Assembly (NCBI RefSeq): GCF_006345805.1
Contig: NC_043000.1
Coordinates: forward strand, 98,084,001-98,148,000
Reading direction: 5' to 3'
Length of the DNA: 64,000 nt
Source of the DNA: Octopus sinensis
Lineage: Eukaryota
Below the pieces are notes generated by a model. That model was not told the DNA's origin. It ran no database searches and worked only from the letters and a program-made list of their open reading frames with translations. Of this stretch, positions 14,070-26,100 are shown piece after piece. Position numbers and translations under genes: made by a program. Positions within the stretch are counted from its first letter, which is position 1; the number at the start of each line of letters is the position of its first letter.

Positions 14070-14285
14070 CAAGGGTCAGCTGAAAAGTTCATAGGCTGAC
14101 CAAGATGCTATCATAGAATGTCACAAAATGAAGTTTATTTCTCAGTATAGTCCCCTTTGCAGTCCACACACTTCTTCCATCAGTTGCAGTATTTGGATCC
14201 CATTGATGAAGAAGCTTTTAGCTTGTTTGTCAAAAAAGTTATCAACAGCAGATATGACATCATCATCACTGTGTTACTGGTTCCC
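14070..14285 (-). mobile_element. Mariner right-end fragment
   Basis: Minus strand gives SDDDVISAVDNFFDKQAKSFFINGIQILQ / WKKCVDCKGDYTEK* with one frameshift, followed by a TIR-like end adjacent to TA. Confidence 0.75.
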
Positions 14286-15819
14286 TCACAGAATAAGTAA
14301 CAGACCTAAAATAAGTACTGGGATCAGTTTGAAGTACCACTTAAGTTGGTGCTCCAGTATGGTTGCTATTCTTTGACTAAAACGAGACTTCTATTGTCTG
14401 TGATGGATGGTCAGGATATTTCTCTTCCACTTTATCAAGCTCTCTAATCTTCCAATTTTTGCTTTTGCTTTCTTTTTTCTTTTTTTTTTTTTTCTGTTAG
14501 AGGTACTTTCTTTTTTTCAATTATTATTTATTGCTGACTCTATCCACCAGTTTATCTCATCAATTTTGCTTGTTTCTCTGTATCTCATACAAATCATAAT
14601 TATAAAGTTTGAAATTTCAGAACCAGCTCCCACCTCCTTCCCACTGGTTTCTTCTATCTTTTATTTTTCTATTTAATGTCTCTTTTATTTGTCACTTCAT
14701 AAACTTTTTTTACTAAGTATTTTCTTTTACTGTACTTTGTATAATTTGTTTCAAGCAAGAGAAGTTTTTAATTTCATTTCAACTTCATTAAAATAAATGT
14801 TTGTTGTCATTATTATTATTGTTATTTAGCCCCAAGTCAGTACTGACCAAGTAGACCTGTGCTGTTCCAACTATAATTATATCATCATTTTTCTCCCATC
14901 GGCATGCATGCAGCCAAGGATCCATTTGTTCAATCTGTGTTTTTCTAAGACAGGGTGGGGAAGTCACTTGAAATCTAGCTACTGTTTCTAGAGCAGGTAG
15001 GCATGAGTATTATTTTTTAAGAAGTGGGCTACATGTGACATAGCTCATCTGGTAGGCCATACCAGTGAAAAACTAAAGATAATTTGTTTGCTTGGTGTGC
15101 TATTTAGAATTTCCCACCGGCCATGGGCCACCTCTATGTGCTCCCCCATTGGCTCATTATTATTGTAGACGTGTCGGTGCCGTTAGTGATGGTGGTGGTA
15201 GGAATAGTTTTGTTTCATGTTTCTTTGATAGTTTTATTGATTTTTTTTTTTTTTTACATAACTCTATTTCATTCATTTTTTTTCCACTGCCCCAAAACAT
15301 TCTCTTAATTTGTTATTATGGAGTTTTTCTTTTTTAATTATATACTAGCTGTTGTTGGTTTTGTTTGTTTTGTTCTTATTTAACAACCAAAACAGAATAC
15401 ACATGCCCGAACATGAAAAACAGAAAACAAAAGACACTGCTAAACATTTCATTCTTTATAGTTAAATAGAAGTAAAAGATAATAATGATGAGAATAAATT
15501 TCTGAAATAATTTAACTGTTCAGTTACTTTAATATATGACATTTTTATAAATTGCACTTGTTGCTGATTTTTGTGTGTCTTTTAAAGTTTTTTTGTTTGT
15601 TTATTTTTTAGGTATGCATCACAGTTACATTTCACAATTATTCAAACCAATTTTCTTATTTTCTCTTCCACTCTATCTTTTTCTTTCTGTCTCCTTCTCT
15701 CTATTCATCTTTCTCTCCACACATATATATATATATATATATCTTTTTTTCTCTTGTCTCTGTCCTTCTTTCTTGCTCAATCTCCTTTTCTTTCTCTTGC
15801 CCAATTACTGTATCTCTCT

Positions 15820-15864
<45 letters not shown>

Positions 15865-16744
15865 CTCTCTATGCATTTCTCTAGATATCTCTCTTTCTGA
15901 CTCTGTCTCCCACCCCCTTCACCACCTCAAATACAAATCTACAAAATGCAAAATTGAATACATTCCAATTACATGCACTATAAACTGCATTAAAATTATT
16001 TTAATCTAAAAATATCATTGATTATTCTTGTTGTTGCTACTATTGTTATTATTGTCTTCTTTAATATTTTCCTGCCCAGAGAACCATCCAAAGGCAGGTG
16101 ATTAAATTATTCTATGAAGCTAGCTGGACAGAGAATGTGTGTGTGTGTGTGTGTGTATGTGTGTATGTGCTTGAACTTCAGAACACTGAATATGAAAGCA
16201 CAGCGTAGGCAATGGTTAGTTGGAAAATAACTAACATAGTCAATGCTGTATGCTACAACTATGCCATGACTAACTGTAGTGCAGACCTATGGTATTTTTG
16301 TTAGTATTTGGGAGTTGTCTAATAACAGTATAGACCAAAAGAGGTTAATTAGTATTACAGAGTCAAACTAACAACAGTGCTGATCAATAGTTTTGAGAGA
16401 GATGAAGAGACATGGTACAGACAATATGGAAGAAGAAATTATGCAGCCAGTCAGCATTACAGATACAGAACAATCTGACATGTACAAACACAAGAGTGGT
16501 TATGGTTGGCTGGTAGTTACACAAATATTTCTAAAGTGCACCTTATGAATGTTCTTTTTAGTAACTTCAGTAAGTGGACTGCTGCCATTTAAGTCAAACA
16601 GTGTAATAAAGGGATGTAATCAGGACAGAACAGAGCACCACAAGGCATTTTTGTTTATTGCACTGATTCTACCATCCCATGGCATGTTTGTGTGTGTGTG
16701 TATGTGTATAGATATATGTATGTATATGTAGTTGACAGGGCCAT

Positions 16745-17925
16745 TAGGTAAAAGAAACAGGCATGAATTGTATCAGATTGCCTGAAGGGAAGCTAGGAGA
16801 CAGGTTTACTTAGCCAGAGAGGAAGCAGATAAAAAAGAATTTGCCAATGTTCTGCATCACGAGGACCAAAGACTTGAAGTGATTCGTGTTGCAAGACAGT
16901 GTATGAGAGAGAATCTTGATGCCATAGGAGAGAAATGTGTCCACATGGATGATGGCTCACTTGCATTTAATGACGCTGCAAGGAGAGAGACTTGGAGACA
17001 CCACTATGAAAGGTTGCTAAATGAAGAGAATGAATGGGAGAAAGATAGTCTGCCGAATGTCGACCCAACAGAGGGACCAGCTATCCGAATTGACAGTACC
17101 TTGGTGGATAAAGCAATTAAGGGTATGAAGACAGGGGGAGCTCCCAGCCCATCAGGAATCACCGCAGAAATGCTTAAAATATTTGATGGTGTCAGCTATA
17201 GCTTAGTCACCTGTATAGTCAATCAGATGATACACGAGGGAGCTGTACCCAATGACTGGTGTACAGCACCATAGTCAACTGCTACAAAGATAAAGGTGAT
17301 GCATTAGATACGAATAATTACAGAGGTATCAAATTGTTGTATCAGGTAATGAAAGTCAGGGAGAGTGTCATAGCCCAACTAATTAGGGAGAGGGTCACTC
17401 TAGACAAGATGAAGTTTGCAGTTTGGATTTGTGCCAGGGAAAAGTACCACTGATGCTAGAAATACCTAGCCAAAGATAAACCTCTGTACCTGGCTTTTGT
17501 TGACATGGAGAAAGCCTTTGAAAGCAATATTAAAGGAAAGCTAACTGGGAAAATAGTTTTTGTGTGTAGCAAATGCTTAGGGGCAGTAAACACTGAAAAT
17601 CTTCAGAAAACAGCTTCCGTCACATTCCAGGAGAAAAACTACAAGTAAAAGGGGGAAAAACTCAGAGTAAAAGGTAGAATGCATGATACATGTGTGTGAA
17701 CAGCCATGCTACATGGCAGTGAAAAATGGACTGTGACTGCTGATGACATGTGTAAGCTTGCAAGGAATGAAGCTAGTATGCTTTGCTGGATGTGTAATGT
17801 CAGTGTGCATACACAACAGAGTGTAAGCATCTTGAGAGAAAACTTGAACTTAAGAAGCATCAGATGTGGTGTGCATGAGAGACGACTGCACTGGTATGGT
17901 CATGTGTTGGTTGCGAATGGATGAG
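16745..17925 (+). mobile_element. Decayed RTE (BovB-like) LINE, RT region
   Basis: Track ORFs 16879-17274 (WRHHYERLLNEENEW...GMKTGGAPSPSGITAEMLK), 17259-17453 (NYRGIKLL) and 17706-17924 (MLHGSEKW...RRLHWYGHVL). Frameshifted and internally deleted. Confidence 0.9.
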
Positions 17926-18995
17926 CACAGCATGGAAAGCAGATGTTGAACAATGACGACAATATATATCTCTTGTATATAAATGACAATTTCTGTCTGT
18001 TACCATCTTACTGCTTAAACCATCAAACCAATCTTCACCAAACATTGCATACATGTTAAACTAACATCAAGTTCAATAATACGCTAATTGAATTTCAATA
18101 AAAATCTATAATGTGCCCCCTAGGGGTGTTGAGCAAATTATATGATAAAATGAGTAGGGTGCAAAGAATAGTAGTGTGATTGAAATATGGTGACAGAGTG
18201 ATGGTTACTGATATCAGGTAAGGGGAGAACAGCATTGTCTAAGTGATAGATGGTGTGGCAATGGAATGGTAGCATTAATACAGCTGTCATACATGCGACA
18301 CTGCATACATACTTTCATAAATACATAGATGCATGCATACACACACACACATAAGTAACTTTTAAAATGCCCAGGAAGGGGGGAAATGGTGGGTGTGAGG
18401 AATATGTTGCTTTAAGGAGAGTGGGGTAGGTGGCCTTTCTGCTGTCCATCGCAAAGGAACACTCATACACAGACACTCACACATACATACATACATACAT
18501 GCATGCATATGTACATATGTCTACTATACACCATTTTAAACTCATGATTGCCTGGATATATATTTCTAAATGTGTGTGTGTCTGTGTGTGTATCACATCC
18601 TATAACTGTCTGTCTCTCTGCTTTTGTAGGACCTTTCTTATTGCTGTCACATATTGTGAGATTAAAATTATGTCAAAATTTTCAAATTTGGTATTTTCCA
18701 CATAAAATCCAATTTTGCTATTTATTTGTTCCAGAAAAATTGCAGAAAAATGTTATTGAAGTTTAAAGTTTAATCATTTTTACCTAATCAGAAAACAGAA
18801 TTTGGAAGCTGGCATTTTCTGCATGATAGCTGTCTATCACAAAATGAAAGCAAAATCATTAGGAGGAATGTTTATTAAACAAACAAATGCAAAGCATTAA
18901 TAATATGACGAAAGTTGTAAGAACTTCTGAAGTTTTAATAAATTCTAATGAATAAAGTCATGTGAAATAGTCAAACCGGCAAGTTTCAATACATT

Positions 18996-19143
18996 ATTTA
19001 CATTTGACTGATATTTGTCCTCATCTTGTTTGTTGTTAACACGTTTTGGCTGATATACCCTCCAGCCTTCATCAAGATGAGGACAAATATCTGTCAAATG
19101 TAAATATGTACATAATTCCTCATCTCTTAAATATAGAACTATA
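18996..19143 (-). mobile_element. Penelope-like short element copy inside a 33-bp inverted repeat
   Basis: Minus strand ttgatgaaggctggagggtatatcagccaaaacgtgttaac matches 61107-61150. Arms 18996-19028 and 19073-19105 are reverse complements with one mismatch. Confidence 0.7.
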
Positions 19144-19586
19144 AGTTTTAATATGTTTTAATGAATAGAGTCATGTGAAATTGTTGAACAGACATGTAAA
19201 AATTGAAAAAGGGAAAAATCCTCAATGGAGTTTTTTGCCAAAAAATTGCATATATACACATATTTCTATACACACACACACAAATAGATGTATGTGTAAA
19301 TAGATATGTATATTCCTTTGTTTATTTTTGTGTCATTTTTTCCATACTAACATTGGTTTGACAAATATATTGTTGAGGCAGTGTTTTACAGCCAGATAAC
19401 CCTTCCTTGCCTTATTTTGTAAATAAATGATCTCTTATTGTTTCACACATCTTCAAAGGTGTGAAGTCAACGAATGATTTGTTGACAGAGGAAATGGCAA
19501 TAACTTGCAGATGAGCAATTTACAAGGAAGCCCAAAAGGGAGCAAACACAATCTCAAGCATGCAATCTAATGATGATGATGATGAT

Positions 19587-19628
<42 letters not shown>

Positions 19629-19974
19629 ATACATGTGGCGGGGTGGTGAGAAGTTTGCTTCTGAAATGCATGATTCTGAGTTCAGTCCCACTGTGTGGTA
19701 TTTTGGGCAAGTGTCTTCTACTACAGCCCTTTTCCTTTCATCCTTTCAGGGTCCATAAAATAAAGAACCAGTTGGCATAATCAACTAACTTCTCCCTCCT
19801 AAAATCAGTGGCTTTGTTTTATCATCATCATCATCATTATTATTTACCAGTTGAACACTGAGGTCAATGTAATTGACTCATCCCCTCCCCCAAAATTGTT
19901 GCCCTTGTGGCAATATCTGAAACCATTATTATTATTAATATTATTATTATATTATTATTATTATTTCTTTTCAG

Positions 19975-20167
19975 ATTTGGGCTTCTCCAGTTATTTTTAG
20001 TTCCTACAGCTTCATCTTTCCGAATGCACTTGGGACAAGAAGACAATATAATTGATCCCCCACTGACAGGGCTCATGACCTTATTATATATATTTTCACC
20101 AATATTCTTATTCTTCTCTGCTTCAATCTTGTCAAAGGATGTCTCAGTCTTGTCAACAAATTTCCTG
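19975..20167 (+). CDS. NEF1-like exon A (xFGLLQLFLVPTASSFRMHLG...VLSTNFL)
   Basis: Acceptor ttatttcttttcag|A and donor CTG|gtatgt. Starts in phase 2, ends in phase 0. Confidence 0.85.
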
Positions 20168-23100
20168 GTATGTTATTTTTTTTTTTCCTTTTCCATTTTT
20201 TCTAGATTCTTTTTTTGTGTGTAAGGAGCTGGGGATAAGTTAATCAGAAGAAGAGGAGGAGGGATTGGTTTCATAAAAACTTTGCAAGTCTTCTTACAAG
20301 TGTAAGCTCTCTTGCAGCTAATGAGATGTAAATCTTGGTAAAACAAATGTACAATCAAAAGTATTCCAGTTGTGACCAACTTCTTCATCATCATCATCAT
20401 CATCATCGTTTAATGTCCGCTTTCCATGCTAGCATGGGTTGGACGATTTTGACTGAGGGCTGGCAAACCAGATTTCTGCAACAGGCTCCGATCTTGATCT
20501 GGCAGAGTTTCTATAGCTGGATGCCCTTCCTAATGCCAACCACTCCGAGAGTGTAGTGGGTGCTTTTTACGTGCCACCAGCACGAGGGCCAGTCAGGTGG
20601 TACTGGCAATGACCTCGCTCGAATCTTTTTACACATGCCACCGGCACAGGTGCCAGTAAGGCGACGCTGATAACGATCACGGTGAAATGGTGCCCTTTTA
20701 CATGCCACCAGCACGGAAGCCAGTTAGCCGCTCTGGCAATGATCACGCTTGGATGGTGCTCTTGGCACCCTGCTAGCACGTGCACAAGTGCCAGTAAGGT
20801 GACGCTAGTAACGATCATACTCGATTGGTGCCTTTTATGTGCCACTGGCACAGAAGCCGGTTAGCCACTTTTAATTATCCAATGTAGCTTGCCTTTTTTT
20901 ATAAAATGGTAAGATATGACATGGGAGAGAGATTTGGCTTCTATTTCTGGCGAGTGAAGCAATCTAATAATTGAAAGAAGTAAAAGATAAAAGGAACTAA
21001 ATCTTAACAAGAACAGCTTGGCCTCATCCTTCAGCAATTAATAACACAAGTATTTGGAATGAATTCTATTGTTTATATATCTGCTCCTTTAAAAAAAAAA
21101 AAATAAATGATAAAAAAATAGAAAAAAAAAACTAACGATGGTTGTGTATTTGTGCTTATGAAAGAAATTTATATTTTTTTAAGTTTAACCCTTTCAATAC
21201 CAACCCGGCTGAAACTGGCTCTGGCTCTGTAGTACAAATGTCTCATTTTCATAAGTTTTGAATTAAAAACTTTCACCAGACCTTAGTCACAATTTATGTT
21301 GCTAACACTAGCTTAATGATAACCAAGTTATTTTACTAAATTCTTTGTTATATTCAAAATTAATTGAAAGAAACACAGAGCATCTCAACAGAAATATGGT
21401 AACAATGGGTAAACTGAAATTAATCAAAGCTGCCTATGTAAGTTGTTTTGAGAACAAAAACTTCTTGGAGATATCATCCACCATCTGAAGTATTCTCTAA
21501 ACAATTTGAGGGGAGGGGATGAGGCAATTACATTGACCCCAGTGTTCAACCGGTACTGAATAATAATAATAATAATAATAATAATGAGACAAATCACTGA
21601 TTTTAGAAGGGAGAGGTTAGTTGATGATGTCAACTGTTTTTTTTTATTTTATCGACCTTGAAGTATACAACTTTGTGTTTATTTGTTTCATGATTCTTCC
21701 ATTAATACTTCAGGTCATAAGACTAAAACTTGTCTGAAGTTGTCTTCCATACTTGTCTTAACTAATTCTCCATCCCACTTTTCAATATAATTATTTCTAG
21801 ATAGGTTTTTAATGATCCCTACATTTAATTAATGTTAACACTAAATTAGCTTTTGTCTATGTAAGTGTTTGGTATACATCAATCTGATTTTCACAACTCC
21901 CAGAGATGAACAAACCATGGTTAACATTCCCATGGTGAGCAGTCAGTAGTGAACATCCTGTAATGAATTCCCAATGGTTAACTGTTTTCATTCCATCATA
22001 CCTCCTGGTTCTGTGATGCAAACTCTTTGTTTTAAAGTGATCTAAATTTAAAATTTCCCATTAAAACTTCATGTTAATTTATATTCCATGCATTAGCTTA
22101 ATAAGGACAAAGTTATTTTAATATATTATTCATTATTTTCAAAATTATTTGAAATGTGGACATATTTCGACCAAAATTTGGTAACAAAAGAGTGAATACC
22201 CAGAGATAAACACTCTTAAATAAAACTTAATCTCTATTTGCATAGCTTTCAGAACCACACCTGAATTTGTTACTGCTAGAAGTAGCAATCCACCTTCCTT
22301 AGAGGACACTACCATTTTGTAAAATAGTTTAAGCCAGGCAGTGGATTTACAGACTTGCTAGAGCAACAAGCCAACCACATTGCAGTACTAAGTTGCACAC
22401 TTTCATGTTCTGAGTTCAAACTCTGCCTTTCATCCTTTTGTGGGTCAATAAAATATATCATATAGTGGGATTGGTTTAATCAGTTATATTACCTACTCTC
22501 CCCAAAACGTGTAGCTTTGTGCTTATATCAGAAATTATAATTATCATCATTGCTTCACTGAAGACTGGGTTTTTGAATTCACATGGCATTTACATCTGTT
22601 AAAAAGCATTCCTGGCAATATCTGCTAAATCTTTCTTTAGAACTTCTTTTAACTTCAGTTAAAAATGTTATTTTAATAACAGCAGAACATGGGATGGGGG
22701 GGGGGAGAAAGAAAAAAAAGAAAGAAAAAGAAGAAAAGAAAGAAAAAGAAAAAAAAGATATTGAAGTTGAGAGGTTTCGACCACTTTTGATCTACAGCCT
22801 TTATGTTGTCAATCTACTTGCTAAAAATTGCTGCCAAGCTTCTGTTGTATAACACAGCCCTGCTATGTTTAAAAAAGAGGAAGGGCAAGCACATATTGGA
22901 TAAAGCATCCTCAGTGAGATAGGACTAAAAAGCCCTCACAACCCCACACTTTCTCTGCTCATTTGCCAACCACTTTACTGGCTGCATTTTTCCTGACATC
23001 AGCACAAGTGAGGCTGTCTCATTCACCAAATCATTCTTAAGGGTTTAAATGCTTTTGGGAGTGTTGTTTCACAGCACCAGTATGGGGAAGGGTATCTTGT

Positions 23101-26100
23101 ATGCAGCAAATGTTGAGTACTCAGTAACCTAAGGTATGTGAACTGAAATAAGGAATAGAAGGTAGAGCAATAACAGTAGAAGAACCAAAAGTGAGTAGCT
23201 GAGAAGGGCTAGAGAGTAAATGTAAAGAGTACTCAATAACCTACAGCATGTACATTTGCTCAGATGGTTGAGGTAGAGAAGAGGGGAAGGAGGGATAATA
23301 TCACAAGGACCAGGGTGGCTGGGTGAAAGGAGCAGGAGTATGATGGAAAAGACAGAGGTGGTGGTTATTTGGTCAGTAGGGGTTTGATTGGCAATAACCT
23401 TAGCCTTTGACAACAGGAATGTTCTGGATGACAGATAAAGCTAAAGATATTTTTTTTTCATGTATGGTTTGACTAATATAGACTCCTCCTCAGTATTTGT
23501 GTACAACTGTTTGTCAACTGTTCTACTTTTCAGGTGTTTTTAATCCTCTTTTATTTATCAGTTGTATGTTTAACCTTTTAGCATTTAAACCAGCCAAAAT
23601 ATTCTATCCATTTTACGTTCAAACTGGCCAGATCCAGCCTCTCACACCTACCCTACACTATCATTCTAAAAATAAGCAATCACATCATTGAAATCTCAAA
23701 GCTACAAGATAATGCATGATTAACTAAAAGGAATATGAATAAATGATCAATACATTTAACAGAGTAATATGAATGCTGAAGGGTTAACATTATAATACAT
23801 ACCTTTTTTTATGTTTGTAAACACTAATTTTTTAATGTAACCTCTCTTCTCTTCAAAAGCACAAGTGTATTCTCCACATTAAAGTGTCACTCACATATCC
23901 GAGGTATATGGTGCAGTTGCTGTTACAAATGCAAATATTCCAAGTCACACTCCAAAATTACACTGCTCATTTGTTTGATTGTTGCACCCTCACTCAGAAA
24001 TAAGCTACAACTCATTGATACATTGTGTCCCCTGGTATCACTACTACTGCCGCTACTTCAATGGTAACTTCTGTATTAGAATTGTTGAAAATTATTTTCT
24101 GCTCCTGTCTAATCCTACCTCATTGAACTACCATGCCTCTTCTTGACCCTGTTATGGTTTGCTCCTCACACAAAGCATCTTCACTAACACTTGAAAACTT
24201 AATCTAAATAGTTATTCCCAGAACAGCAAAAGCAGCAAAACACTATTCCTTGGAACACTTTACTTGCTTATATCTTTTCTATAACCATTCAACAATAAGC
24301 AGTTCAAACTTAACCTGTCTTTGAGCGACTGCATATTTACTGATATTACTTTTCCTCATCAAGCTGTGACACTCTATTCCTTGTATGGCATTATTTTCTC
24401 TTTTGCTTTTACTCTGCACCCTCCTCCTCCTCTTCCTCCTCCTTCTTCTTCTTATTATTATTATTCCTGAGACTTGTTTATTTAACAGGTTGAAATGGTG
24501 TTTGTTGTCAGTGCCAGCATATTCCTAGCAACCCTTCTTCCAATCAGGCAGTTCACAGAGCATTTAGGTAAGTATGCCCTTTTCAGTCTATCATCAGCTC
24601 TTCAAACTGCTCTGTTTCATGCAGGGTGCGCTAGTGTTTCTACAGAACTTAGCTGTAGTTTTTTTTCCATAGAAATCTAGATTTCTTCCTCTGCCTTTAG
24701 GGAGATGTTTGCTCAGATCTTCTTCTTTTGAGATGCTACCCACTTGCTCTTCCTATTGAGTTGCCAGCCTTAGAACAGCCACAATCAATGTCAGCACAAT
24801 GAAATGTAGGTCTGGAGAGATTGTTGAAATGCTAGGAACCAAGCATGTAGATGTGTGCAAGAAGCAAGATGAAGAGAAGCCACTGCCAGATTTCTCAATG
24901 GCAAGGAACAAAGATTTATATTCATCTGGGTTGGTAATAGTGATGAAGGTGAAAGGCTTGGGCATTCTTTTGGCAAGGAAATGGGTAGATAAAGTGATTG
25001 GGGTAACGGGAATGTACAATAGGATAATGAAACTTAGACTAGTCTTGGAAAATTAACAGCAACATTTATCACTGTATATGCTCTTCAATCAGGACTCGTA
25101 GATAAGCAAATGGACCAATTTTACCAAACCTTTTTGTAGATTACCTTGGTAACAAATAACAGTGACTTTAACAGGCATGTTGGCAGCACCCCAATGGATT
25201 CTATGATGTACGGGGGGTGGCTAAGGCTTTGGTTCTAGAAATTAAGAGGGAACAAGTCTCTTGGAGTTCTGTGATTCATATAATCTGATGATCTGCAATT
25301 GCTGACTTTGAGAAGTCAGCCAGTCACTTGGTCACCTTTTAATCTGGTTTGTGTACAAGATGGATTGATTACATTTTCACTGGAAAATGGGATAGACAGA
25401 CTCTCATAAATGCAAAGTCCTTCCCAAGTGAAGAAAGTACAATCCAATATAGGTTAATGGCTAGAGACTTCAGACTTAGACCTAAAAGAACTCGGAGATA
25501 CGAACCAGTCAGGAAAAGGAAATCACAGCAGAAATTTAGAGAAGTACTAATTGAAGCATTTGACATTAGAGGAGGAGGAGATAGAGTTGTAAAATGAAGA
25601 GGAGAACTGGAAGAGTGATGGCCCAAATCTGTGGCTAGTACAAAGTACCAGCAGACCAAGAGTGATCTAGTGGTGGAACAGTGTAGTAGACAGAATCATG
25701 TCATAAAAGCAAAGAGAAGGTTTGGAAGGACTGAAAAGATGGGGGCAGCAAAGAATTATATCAGGTAGCTAAAAAAAAAAAAGTGGTGGTAGGTGTGCAT
25801 AGCAAGGCATAAAGTAGAAAGTAGGAGTTTTGCTAATGTTATACAGTGAGAGGATTAGAGGCTTGAGGTGTCCTAATTTGTAAAACTGTGTATCAGAAAG
25901 AACCTACACTAGCATTTAGAGATTCTGAAAAGAAAGGCATGGAAGTGCTATATTGAAACGCTATTAAATGTAGAGAATGTGTGGGAGAAAGAGGGTCTTC
26001 CCAACAGGATGATCAGCTAGCTTAGTCAAAGCAGTATATGTATAAAGCAATTAAGGATATGAAGGCAAGTAAAGCTCCTGGTCCATCAGGTATCACTGAG

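Noticed and set aside
16394-16545. MEEEIMQPVSITDTEQSDMYKHKSG as first exon of the NEF1-like gene
   Set aside because: Only weak donors are available, and no downstream exons link it to exon A.
18630-18690. Exon-like segment tttgtag|GACC...TTTG|gtattt before exon A
   Set aside because: The phase-2 join to exon A would create TGA, and the other phases do not fit.
21621-21714. LMMSTV...FMILPLILQ as an extra exon between A and B
   Set aside because: No polypyrimidine acceptor in phase 0. Exon B already bridges A to C cleanly.
22770-22795. Minus-strand ctgtaga...ggtcgaaac as a hammerhead
   Set aside because: The core is mutated (CUGU) and stems are not evident. At most a dead relic.
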